Shown here: piece after piece, positions 1-9,694 of the stretch
Layout: each line of letters opens with the position of its first letter
How positions within the stretch are numbered: the first letter of the stretch is position 1
Origin: a virus
Lineage: Duplodnaviria > Caudoviricetes
Length of the DNA: 64,000 nucleotides
IMG/VR virus record: IMGVR_UViG_3300044633_001982
Reading direction: 5' to 3' (one strand)
Notes under the pieces: model-generated
Told to the model about the DNA's origin: nothing
The model's input: the letters and a program-made list of their open reading frames with translations, nothing else
Databases searched by the model: none
Translations under genes and position numbers: made by a program

Positions 1-1
1 A

Positions 2-541
2 ATAACTGTTTCAAGTTATCAAAAAATTGATAATGGTAATACTTTTACATTTTATTATAATGATGATTTAAATGTTGGTGATTTTTTAGATGGTGCATTT
101 TGTGAGTGGAATGATTTTGAACAAAAAGAAAGAGAAATTTCTGAAATTTATCACAAATTTGTTTTAAATAGAAGTATATTAATAGATGATAATGCGACAA
201 TCGCGTCACAAATTAATCCAAAAGGTTATTATTATAAACCACATTATAAATTCACTCTTAGAGTTTTTTCTGACTATATTGAGACTGCTCCAATAACTGA
301 AAATGTTGTTGATATTCCTGATTACGCGTTTTATTCGCAATCAGAACAAGAGTATCGTTGGAGAGATTTGTATCCTTATGGGTATATTGACGCTAATAAT
401 GTTGGAGTTGATAATCCGTTTACAAATAATAGTCATTATATACATAATAATTTTCTATTTAAAATTTTACCTGAGGGGTCAAACATTGCAAACAATAACA
501 TAAACTTTATTAACCAACCAATATCGGATGATTGTGAATAA
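2..541 (+). CDS. 5'-truncated virion structural protein (C-terminal part); missed by the ORF track
   Basis: Frame 2 is open from the window edge to TAA at 539-541 (ITVSSYQKIDNGNTF...QPISDDCE*). It overlaps the next ATG at 528, like the other coupled structural genes. Confidence 0.8.
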   Translation: MTVSSYQKIDNGNTFTFYYNDDLNVGDFLDGAFCEWNDFEQKEREISEIYHKFVLNRSILIDDNATIASQINPKGYYYKPHYKFTLRVFSDYIETAPITENVVDIPDYAFYSQSEQEYRWRDLYPYGYIDANNVGVDNPFTNNSHYIHNNFLFKILPEGSNIANNNINFINQPISDDCE

Positions 542-1319
542 TTTTAAAATATTACAAAATACAAATAATGAATATAAATTAGTATTTCCTGTCGAAACAG
601 ACAATACTTATTTAGGTTTAGATATGGGGGTTGAAGTTATTCAAGATGAGGTAGTTAATGAAATAATTGGAACTCCTAAAAATTATGAAATTGCAAGGTT
701 TGAATTTAAACCACCATCTATTGTATATACCGCATCTAGTGTTAATTTTAAATTTAATTTTTATGGAGGACCATCAGATGGATGGGTTCTAAGTTACTCA
801 CCAATATTTGAATACCAACAGATTTATTATAATACAAATTCATTTTCAAATTCTTTCTATAAATTAGATTTTTATGATTCTCGTGAAAAAAAGAAACAAA
901 AAATAATTTTTACATTAATAATACCCACACAACAAGGTGAAATAGTTTCAGAACAGATATTCCCAAGTTGGTACGCTAATGATGGGTTTGTTAATTTAAA
1001 GACACCATATTTAAAATTAGATTATTTAAAAGATAAAGAAGGTTATTTTATTTATTTTTTGTCAGACCCGACACTATTAAACATAAATGAATTTTATGTA
1101 AGTTTTAAATTTTTTGATGGGACTAAAGGACAATTTAAAAGTTTTTTAACAATTAATCCAACGACATTTACTAATAATAATTTTAATCCTGATGAGTATT
1201 CTTTTTTAAAAGTTGTTTTAGATTACTCGGATTATACGTATCAATATTTTGATAATAATAATAATGCAATAGGTACAGTAACTTCGCCAATAAATCTTTA
1301 TGAATATGTTAACCCATAA
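528..1319 (+). CDS. Hypothetical virion structural (tail/baseplate region) protein
   Basis: 263-aa ORF, translationally coupled in the structural operon; aromatic- and Asn-rich. Confidence 0.6.
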   Translation: MIVNNFKILQNTNNEYKLVFPVETDNTYLGLDMGVEVIQDEVVNEIIGTPKNYEIARFEFKPPSIVYTASSVNFKFNFYGGPSDGWVLSYSPIFEYQQIYYNTNSFSNSFYKLDFYDSREKKKQKIIFTLIIPTQQGEIVSEQIFPSWYANDGFVNLKTPYLKLDYLKDKEGYFIYFLSDPTLLNINEFYVSFKFFDGTKGQFKSFLTINPTTFTNNNFNPDEYSFLKVVLDYSDYTYQYFDNNNNAIGTVTSPINLYEYVNP

Positions 1320-2419
1320 TGGAAACTCAATATTATAGATATAAAATTTCACCTGAAGTTATTACCGGAGATGTTAGAACAGTTATTGTTGATAACGTAT
1401 CTTATGGTGTAATATCGGGCATGACTGAAATTTTAAGTGGTGGTACAAACGGAAACTCGTTGTTAACAGATTTAAGTTTACCGATTTCATTATTTCAAAC
1501 AGGTATTGATTACGGATATTATGATGGGTTTGATGGTGATTTATTACAAAAGGATGTCGTTACTAATTTTTTATTTACACAAACAGATGGGTCATATGCG
1601 GTGGAATTCTTTAACACATCTGAAATGAGTCAGAAAAAATTATTATCAGAATCGACATATAAAGTAGATTGGGGTGATGGTTCACCATTACAAACTATTT
1701 CTGTTGTTGCTCCAACACCTGTTTCGCATACCTATCTTTCAGTACCTTATACATATACTATTAAATTAATACAAAAAAATCCGTGGGGTATAATTGAAGT
1801 TGAAAAAAAAGTAAATGTCCCGTATGAATTAATACCTAATGATAACCCTTACGGTGAGGTGACATTTACCCCCCAAGGAGGCTCATGGTCCAACATTCCC
1901 GTCAGTTATAATTTTATTTTTAATGGTGATGCTGAAAATACAATTTCACAACAAGTAAGTTCAAATTATATTTCAGTACCATTTTATGTTACTGCAAGTA
2001 CAAAATCACAACTTTCAGAATTATCTCTTTATGGACCTCAAAAATACGTAGTTAATCAACCAATATATTCAGGTGTTGGAATTAATTCAATTTACAAAGG
2101 AGTTATTTTTGGAATTGACCCTAATGGTACATACACTGGGTATACAATTAATAATATTGATTACTATGATTTTAATGATGGTACAACAATATTGTATGTA
2201 CAAAGTAGGGGATTAACATCTGAAATGTTAATTCAATCGGCAATTACTAAAAATGAGTATCTTTTAGGAGTAATTAATCAGCCGGAAATCTACTCAAATG
2301 TATTTATTGAAAGAGGGAAAGATTCGGGTATTGAAAAAACACAAAGATTAGGTGAGGTACAGAATATGGGTGATTTGATTAAATACGGATATAAATTCTT
2401 CAAAATTAAAAAATATTAA
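1319..2419 (+). CDS. Structural protein with PKD-like domain
   Basis: YKVDWGDGSP...SHTY...YTIKL is a PKD-type signature; operon context. Confidence 0.6.
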   Translation: METQYYRYKISPEVITGDVRTVIVDNVSYGVISGMTEILSGGTNGNSLLTDLSLPISLFQTGIDYGYYDGFDGDLLQKDVVTNFLFTQTDGSYAVEFFNTSEMSQKKLLSESTYKVDWGDGSPLQTISVVAPTPVSHTYLSVPYTYTIKLIQKNPWGIIEVEKKVNVPYELIPNDNPYGEVTFTPQGGSWSNIPVSYNFIFNGDAENTISQQVSSNYISVPFYVTASTKSQLSELSLYGPQKYVVNQPIYSGVGINSIYKGVIFGIDPNGTYTGYTINNIDYYDFNDGTTILYVQSRGLTSEMLIQSAITKNEYLLGVINQPEIYSNVFIERGKDSGIEKTQRLGEVQNMGDLIKYGYKFFKIKKY

Positions 2420-2421
2420 TT

Positions 2422-3330
2422 ATGGCAATAGGTTCATACGGTACAATTAGACCATCAGATGTTTCACCCGCGGATGTTGAAATAATACTTCATTATACCC
2501 CATCAAGAGACTATACTGAAAATTTTGTATTAAAAAAACTTGATGCGTCTACTTTATTAACTCCGTATTTTAATAACAATAACACAGGTGGAAATCCTAA
2601 TGTTGAAATTTTAGGCGGGTTATATAATTTAAAGTTACCATCAAATGAATTTAATAAATTAGGTATTTATACATTATATTTAAGACCTGTTCAAATTAGA
2701 ACTGAAATAAGTGATTGTGGTGTTTTATCTTCATTACCAAATGTTAAAGGTATAGTAATTGACATTTCAAATGTACCAAGTCAATATCGTAACAAATTTG
2801 TCACACAAGGTTTAGTTGGATTTAGGGTTGAGTACTTAAATACCGATGGGTCAAAAGTACCTAATTTCTTCAGGTACATAACTTCAAGTTTTTATTGTGA
2901 ACCTGTTACACAAAATTTAACAACAACACAACAAAAAGTTGTTAGATATCGATACGTTGATAACGCATCTAATTTGATTTTCTGTACGTTAACTCCATCA
3001 TCGGCTCCGACAAATAAACCAAATGCGACTCCATATATTGGGGTACCTGGTCAAGATATTATAATTACAAATACATTTTTTAATCCTATTACTTTAGATG
3101 TTGAAATAGTTGAACACGATGCCTCAACACTGGCCTTAGCGTTATACGGTAATCAGACTAAATCAATGGATGACGGTATTTACACTATTTACGACTCAAG
3201 TAATAACATATATAAACAATATAACTTATACGAAATTAGAGACCAATTTAACGAACTTCTTTATGAGGTTAGACAAGACAGAGATGGTAACATTGATTTC
3301 AGTAAAAGTTACGATAATATAATCGCTTAA
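2422..3330 (+). CDS. Hypothetical virion structural protein
   Basis: 302-aa ORF coupled to both neighbours in the structural operon. Confidence 0.55.
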   Translation: MAIGSYGTIRPSDVSPADVEIILHYTPSRDYTENFVLKKLDASTLLTPYFNNNNTGGNPNVEILGGLYNLKLPSNEFNKLGIYTLYLRPVQIRTEISDCGVLSSLPNVKGIVIDISNVPSQYRNKFVTQGLVGFRVEYLNTDGSKVPNFFRYITSSFYCEPVTQNLTTTQQKVVRYRYVDNASNLIFCTLTPSSAPTNKPNATPYIGVPGQDIIITNTFFNPITLDVEIVEHDASTLALALYGNQTKSMDDGIYTIYDSSNNIYKQYNLYEIRDQFNELLYEVRQDRDGNIDFSKSYDNIIA

Positions 3331-6300
3331 TGGCTGTTACTAAGTATACATGTCCACCCCAAACCGCCGCTGGTTCTGGAACTTTCTCCAACAATTTGGT
3401 GGGGTTCCAATTAGTGCAAGGTGGAGGGTTTACTCAAGGTAATTTTGAGTTTACGACTTCAGTAACTGAAAAGTCTAATAGAACTTTTGAGACTGGAGTA
3501 TTTTCAAATCCAATTTCGTTAGAGAGTTTAAATACAACAATTGAACAAAGTAGGTCAATCCTATCAAATAATTTTCAAGTTTTTCCAAATATAGATTTAA
3601 GTGAAGTTACTAGTTTTACGTTATATGGACCTCTTAATAAAAGACTTTCTTCTTCTGTTGAGCACATTGTAAATTATTTTCCTGCGGCTTTAGAGATAAG
3701 TAAAAATAGACCTGATTTTACAAGTGGGGTTACTGCAAATAATATAATATTTGACCCTAATGATAATGTGACAGAATTTGAGATTGATATTGAATCAATA
3801 TCAAATCCATTTAATATTGACTTTACTACTAATGCGACTGTTAATTTATCATCTCGAGAGATTAAAGTATCGGATTTAAGAAATTTAACAGTTGAGTATC
3901 CTAATTACATTTTAGTTATAAACGGGGAAAATTATCCAATTAATAATATAACTCCATCAAGTAATTTAACTGCGGGAACTTTAACCGTGTTTGTTGAAGG
4001 TAATCCATTTGATAACAATCCAATCAGTTATGATTATTTAATTATAAGACCAAATGATGATGTTGTTAATAGAGTATTTAATTTAGAATTAGACTATGTT
4101 GATAAATTTATTTTAGATAGGTCAACAACCCCAATATACACTTCTCAATTTACAGTACCTTTAGAAAGTGATAATGGTACTGTGTATAATTCTACAGATA
4201 AAGTTACATGGCCATTATTTGGGGAATGGAATTTAGATATTTTAACTGATTCTTTCACGGTTTATTTAGAAAAGTTAAATGAAATTGCTGAAAATTTTGA
4301 TAGCTACAAAACTAATTTAATTGCTAGATTCTTAGTTACCGATTCACTTGTAGAGTTTGATACCCAAGACCAAAAAGTTGATAAAGTTTTAAAAATTTAT
4401 GGTAGAAGTTTTGATGAAACAAGAGTTTTCATTGATGCTTTGGCCAACATGACATCTGTTAATTATAATATTGGTAATGATATACCATCACAGTTGTTAA
4501 AAAATTTGGCTCAAACTTTAGGGTGGAATACGGATATTTCACCTATAACTAATGACAATTTTTTAGATTCTTTATTTACAACAAATCCAACACCATTGTT
4601 TGATGGTATAAGTTCTAATCCTACTCCCGATGAATTAAATTATCAATATTTTAGAAATTTGATAATGAACTCAGCTTATCTATTTAAGTCAAAGGGTACA
4701 AGAAAATCTATTGAAAGTTTATTAAGATTAATCGGGGCTCCTGACGCAGTTGTTGAATTTAACGAGACTGTTTACGTAGCTGACCAAAAAATTAATATAA
4801 ATGAGTTTAATCAAAGGTACGAATTAATCGCAGGAGGTTCATACATACAACAATCAGTTGTTTTAGACTCTTCAACAACTTATTCAATACAAGGTAATAT
4901 ATACACCGCCTTTACAATAACAAATACTGTTATTGAAACTGATACTACAAGAAATGATTACCCTGTGGACAGTCAAGGTTATCCATCAATGGTAGAACCT
5001 AGTGAAAGTTATTATTTTCAAATAGGTGCGGGGTGGTTTGAATCTACACCTGTTCATAGAAGTTCGGAAATTATAAACTATACTACAAGTGTTTTTACAG
5101 GACAAAATTTTAATGTACAAACTCAATTATCTCCATTCACTTATGGGTTACCATATTTGCAAAGATATGAAAATTTACCTTATTTAAATCTTGGATTTGG
5201 TTTACAGAAAACTAAAGACAATAGAAAAAGTTGGGTATCTACAGATACTAGTCGACAAAATTCTGACGCTGGATTTAATTCAGATTATTATGTTGGAGAT
5301 GATAGATTGGTTATTAATGTTAAAAATGTTGATTTATATTTAAACCCCGCACAAGGATTGTTATACGACGTTTGGTATATTTCCCAAACTTCAAATTATC
5401 CAATACCAAGTACCGGATTACCTAATTTTTCTTCCGCAAACTTATTAAATGGATTTAATCTTGGTGACTGTAATTATAGTGCGGGTACTGGAGTTAACGG
5501 TTTAGTTTATTGTGGGTTTGAATTTGACAGAACAGTAATCAATCCTAAACCTCAAAAAAAGACATTTTTTGAATTTGCTCAAGATTTTATAAAGAATATG
5601 ATAAATGTTAGAGATAGATTATTTATCTCTGATGGTAAAACAGGAGGATATCCTAAATTACAATCTATATTTTGGCAATACTTACTATCTAATGAAACCG
5701 TTAATATACCAACAAATCAATTCACGTATGAAAAATTAATTGAATATGTTGAAGGGTTAGGGGACTATTGGATTAGATTAGTGGAACAAATGGTTCCCGC
5801 AACAACGATTTGGAATACTGGTGTTAAATTAGAAAATTCAGTATTTCATAGACAAAAATACGTATACCGAAGACAACAAGGATGTGAGATTATACCAATA
5901 CCGTGTGAAACTTGTAATGCTACGGGACCATTGTTTTCTTATGATTGTAATTACGAAACAATTAGTTGTTCAATATATCCATGGAGTAATGGATTAACTT
6001 CAGTACCTTCATTTGCGGATGTATTGTATCAGACATTAAATAATTATTTAAGTCAAATTGGATTGACATTTAATGATTGTGATTTAAATAGTTTATATAG
6101 TACGTGGTATGTTGATATAAATGTAGGAGGAAATCAATTAATCCAACAATCATTTTTTGATGGGTATGGATTAAATAATAGTGATTCATTCCCAACACAA
6201 AGTCAATGGGTAAGTGCTTTACAGACTTATTTACCACAACTTAATAATTATAATTTAAATTATTATATAAGTAATTCTATTTTGTATGTACAGAATTTGG

Positions 6301-6374
6301 ATTGTGGGCAAGATTTTTTAAACCAAACGTTTAATTTAAACGTGGGTATAAACTTTTCATTAGCATGTAATTAA
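3330..6374 (+). CDS. Baseplate wedge-like protein
   Basis: 1014 aa; LFKSKGTRKSIESLLRLIG resembles the KGT motif of P2 gpI-like baseplate wedge proteins. Confidence 0.55.
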   Translation: MAVTKYTCPPQTAAGSGTFSNNLVGFQLVQGGGFTQGNFEFTTSVTEKSNRTFETGVFSNPISLESLNTTIEQSRSILSNNFQVFPNIDLSEVTSFTLYGPLNKRLSSSVEHIVNYFPAALEISKNRPDFTSGVTANNIIFDPNDNVTEFEIDIESISNPFNIDFTTNATVNLSSREIKVSDLRNLTVEYPNYILVINGENYPINNITPSSNLTAGTLTVFVEGNPFDNNPISYDYLIIRPNDDVVNRVFNLELDYVDKFILDRSTTPIYTSQFTVPLESDNGTVYNSTDKVTWPLFGEWNLDILTDSFTVYLEKLNEIAENFDSYKTNLIARFLVTDSLVEFDTQDQKVDKVLKIYGRSFDETRVFIDALANMTSVNYNIGNDIPSQLLKNLAQTLGWNTDISPITNDNFLDSLFTTNPTPLFDGISSNPTPDELNYQYFRNLIMNSAYLFKSKGTRKSIESLLRLIGAPDAVVEFNETVYVADQKININEFNQRYELIAGGSYIQQSVVLDSSTTYSIQGNIYTAFTITNTVIETDTTRNDYPVDSQGYPSMVEPSESYYFQIGAGWFESTPVHRSSEIINYTTSVFTGQNFNVQTQLSPFTYGLPYLQRYENLPYLNLGFGLQKTKDNRKSWVSTDTSRQNSDAGFNSDYYVGDDRLVINVKNVDLYLNPAQGLLYDVWYISQTSNYPIPSTGLPNFSSANLLNGFNLGDCNYSAGTGVNGLVYCGFEFDRTVINPKPQKKTFFEFAQDFIKNMINVRDRLFISDGKTGGYPKLQSIFWQYLLSNETVNIPTNQFTYEKLIEYVEGLGDYWIRLVEQMVPATTIWNTGVKLENSVFHRQKYVYRRQQGCEIIPIPCETCNATGPLFSYDCNYETISCSIYPWSNGLTSVPSFADVLYQTLNNYLSQIGLTFNDCDLNSLYSTWYVDINVGGNQLIQQSFFDGYGLNNSDSFPTQSQWVSALQTYLPQLNNYNLNYYISNSILYVQNLDCGQDFLNQTFNLNVGINFSLACN

Positions 6375-8581
6375 TGGCGATAACGTTAAATTATGAATTA
6401 CAAATCACAGGTGACTGTCAAAGCAATTCATCAGGTGCGGTTGGACTTACAATTTTTGGAGGTACCCCTAATTATACTATAACATGGTTATCACCTGCAT
6501 TATCACCAATTGTATTGGTTGGTAGTGCAACTACGATAACTTCATTATCAGGAGGGTCTTATAGTTTTTATGTAAGTGACCAATCAATTCCGGTAAATAA
6601 CACAACTAACATTAATTTTTATATTAACACAGGATGTTGTGTTTCAATAGATGTTCAAGATACTACATGTAATTTACCTAATGGTTCATTAACGGCCACT
6701 ACCGCTTACGCTCCTTCGTATGGTACAGTTTATTTATATCGAGAAGGTGTGTATGTTACAAGTGCTCTAACTACTGTTGTGACTCAAGAGGCACCTCCAC
6801 CCTTATATTCAAATCCTCAAGTTTCAACTTCGGCATTTTTTGATGGGTTATCTGCCGGAACATATCAGGTAACACTTTTTGATTATGGTGGATGTCAGTG
6901 TTCAAGTCAAACTTGTATTATAAGAAATTCTTCAGAGTTTGATTTTGGGTTACTTGTTGCGAATGCTTCATCATGTAATAATGGATACGGAAAACTTACT
7001 ATTACTGGTAATACAGGACAACCTCCATTTTTGTACGAATGGTCGTCAAATGTACCGAACGCAAGTATTACTGCAACTACTGTTAGTGGATTGTCCGCGG
7101 GTAGTTATAGTGTGATAGTTACGGACTCAACTGGATGTCAAGTAACTAAATCCGCAATAATTAATACAGTACCGCCTTTAGGGTTAAATTTTTATACATC
7201 CACACAAGCATCTTGTCTCTCAAATGATGGTACTGTGACATTAAATATTTCAGGAGGTACTCCTCCGTATTATTACATACTATCAAATGGTGACTCGGCA
7301 ATAAGTTATTCTACGACGTATACTTTTTCAGGCTTAGCTGCTAACACATATACAGTACAAATAGTTGATTTGGCTCTTTGTAATTTTTCACAAGATATAC
7401 AAGTCCCAATGGAGGGTAATTTTAATGTGATATCTGTTGTTACAAACAATGTGACATGTACATCATATGGTTCATTATCAGTTAATTTAATAGGTAACTC
7501 ACCATTTACATATACATTAGAGGATAGTAATGGTATTTCAAATACTGTTATTACACAAGTAAACAATTATCAGTTTACAAATTTAACTGCCGATACATAC
7601 ACGTTAACTATTTCTGATTATTTAGGAAGTTGTGAATACACCGATACCTACACTATTGAACAATCAAATGACTTTATAATTAATGTTAGTTCAATTGATA
7701 CTACTTGTAATTCTGATAACGGATTTATAACGGTTGATATCACACCAATAAATTCTACAACTTTTACATATGAGTTAGTGGGTATTGAAAGTTATGGACC
7801 GACAAATGACACTTCATATACTTTTAGTTCACTTACAACTGGAGTCTATTCAATTGTTGTTACGGATGAAAGTGGATGTACACAAACGGCAACAAGCGTT
7901 TTAACAAATCAATCTGAAGTTAATTTTGATTTGTATTCGACAGGATGTGGTACAGGTGCTCAAGGTACTGCAAGTGCAATTATAAATTCAGGAATCCCAC
8001 CATTTGATTTTTATTGGAGCGCAAGTACTATCGATGGGTTTATCTCTATTGGTACTCAGGAAGGCATTTATTTAACAGGATTAACTAGTGATTTATATAG
8101 TTTAACTTTAACAGATAATAATGGTTGTGTTTTAACTAAAACAGTCTCAGTAAGTTGTGGTAGTTTAGTTAGTTCTTCTTATCAAGTTTTTAACATTTGT
8201 CAACAGACTTTTACCGAAACCTCAAATCAAAAAAGAGGAATAATACAAATGTATAATGAAGGATACTTAGATTTGACTAATGGGTCAAATTGTATTTTAA
8301 ATTATGCCAATTTTATTGTTGAGGTGACATTGGGTTCTCAAGTGTATGCCACCCAATTTTATACATCTAATTCTTTAACTAATGCTCCGACTGACGATTT
8401 ATTTATAAGTGCAATACAATCATCATTAAACGGTGCTTATGGTGTAGGGAATGTTATTATTGATTCTTCTATGAACATTGTCGTAATATCTTCAGATTGT
8501 AATTTAAGTTATGATATATTACAAGACTTAAACATAACTATTGATTTAAAAATAGAATACGACATTGATTGTCAATCATAA
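6374..8581 (+). CDS. SprB-repeat, Cys-rich virion appendage protein
   Basis: Repeated Ig-like units GGTP(P/N)Y...W/Y...L..G.Y.V.VTD..GC, typical of SprB repeats. Confidence 0.7.
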   Translation: MAITLNYELQITGDCQSNSSGAVGLTIFGGTPNYTITWLSPALSPIVLVGSATTITSLSGGSYSFYVSDQSIPVNNTTNINFYINTGCCVSIDVQDTTCNLPNGSLTATTAYAPSYGTVYLYREGVYVTSALTTVVTQEAPPPLYSNPQVSTSAFFDGLSAGTYQVTLFDYGGCQCSSQTCIIRNSSEFDFGLLVANASSCNNGYGKLTITGNTGQPPFLYEWSSNVPNASITATTVSGLSAGSYSVIVTDSTGCQVTKSAIINTVPPLGLNFYTSTQASCLSNDGTVTLNISGGTPPYYYILSNGDSAISYSTTYTFSGLAANTYTVQIVDLALCNFSQDIQVPMEGNFNVISVVTNNVTCTSYGSLSVNLIGNSPFTYTLEDSNGISNTVITQVNNYQFTNLTADTYTLTISDYLGSCEYTDTYTIEQSNDFIINVSSIDTTCNSDNGFITVDITPINSTTFTYELVGIESYGPTNDTSYTFSSLTTGVYSIVVTDESGCTQTATSVLTNQSEVNFDLYSTGCGTGAQGTASAIINSGIPPFDFYWSASTIDGFISIGTQEGIYLTGLTSDLYSLTLTDNNGCVLTKTVSVSCGSLVSSSYQVFNICQQTFTETSNQKRGIIQMYNEGYLDLTNGSNCILNYANFIVEVTLGSQVYATQFYTSNSLTNAPTDDLFISAIQSSLNGAYGVGNVIIDSSMNIVVISSDCNLSYDILQDLNITIDLKIEYDIDCQS

Positions 8582-8584
8582 TAG

Positions 8585-9682
8585 ATGTGTCTTATAACTT
8601 TAAATAACATAACAGGAGTACCTCCATACACAGTGGAGGTCTGTGATTATTTTAAAGTTAATTGTCAAACCATTGCGTACTACGATTCTTACATACCTCC
8701 ACAGTTAGTATTATCAGTACCTGCACCATATAATACTGCTCCGGTAGTTGTGGTAAGGGTTTATGATGCGAATGGATGTATTAGTGAAAGTAGTCTAAGT
8801 ATGTTTACCCCAACACCTACCAATACAAATACTCCAACTGTTACCCCAACACCTACAATTACACCAACTAACCAAACCCCTACCCCAACACCAACTAATA
8901 CCCCAACACCAAGTATTACATCAACTAAAACTCCTACACCAACTATTACTCCTACTGCTTTAACACCAACTCCTACGTCAACCCCGACACCAACTCCTCA
9001 AACTCCAACACCGACTCCGACTAACACCCCTACTGTGACCATTACTCCGACTGTGACTAAAACAAAAACTCCAACAACAACAAATACTCCTAGTGTTACT
9101 CCGTCACTATCTCCGTTACCACCAACTAAAGCGTTCTTATTCATTGAACCTCAAAGTGGTAGTACGGATATTGGACAATGGATGTACGATAACTCACAGA
9201 CATTCTATGGATTTACAAATAGTACTGCTCCTGCACTTAATCAAAATAAATTTAATCAACAATTAAACATTTATGTCGATTTCTCAGGATGGACATCAGG
9301 ATTGTTCCCATCAATCATAAATCAGGATGTTCCACAAACAACTGGTGGAAATGATTCATTTGGTAATGCTATTGTTGCATATAATTTCAAAACAACTAAA
9401 GTCGATAAAAACACTGTTTCAGGTAAAGCGTGGTACACATGGATGATTCCAACAGGAATGACTAATGGATTATACCAAACTAAAATTGATTATAGTACAT
9501 CAAGTCCATCTATGCCACCAACAACTGTAAATACTGAACCAACAATATATTCTTATTATTTTACTTACAGTGGAACTACAATACCTCAAACGACATATAG
9601 GGTTTATACAACTTACCCATCAACAAACTTTAATTTATTGAATACTTCCGATATATATTTTAAAGGAAATACAGTAAGTTAA
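8585..9682 (+). CDS. Decoration/fibre protein: N-terminal docking domain + Pro/Thr stalk + C-terminal domain
   Basis: About 100 aa of (PT)n repeats; N-terminus similar to ORFs 17760 and 29403..29627. Confidence 0.65.
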   Translation: MCLITLNNITGVPPYTVEVCDYFKVNCQTIAYYDSYIPPQLVLSVPAPYNTAPVVVVRVYDANGCISESSLSMFTPTPTNTNTPTVTPTPTITPTNQTPTPTPTNTPTPSITSTKTPTPTITPTALTPTPTSTPTPTPQTPTPTPTNTPTVTITPTVTKTKTPTTTNTPSVTPSLSPLPPTKAFLFIEPQSGSTDIGQWMYDNSQTFYGFTNSTAPALNQNKFNQQLNIYVDFSGWTSGLFPSIINQDVPQTTGGNDSFGNAIVAYNFKTTKVDKNTVSGKAWYTWMIPTGMTNGLYQTKIDYSTSSPSMPPTTVNTEPTIYSYYFTYSGTTIPQTTYRVYTTYPSTNFNLLNTSDIYFKGNTVS

Positions 9683-9690
9683 TAATTATA
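9683..9690 (+). promoter_or_regulatory. Putative late promoter motif variant TAATTATA
   Basis: Ends 4 nt before the ATG at 9695; one mismatch to the recurrent TATTTATA. Confidence 0.4.
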
Positions 9691-9694
9691 GTAT

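Noticed and set aside
303-503. 66-aa ORF in the track
   Set aside because: It is out of frame inside the longer real CDS (2..541), which runs from the window edge.
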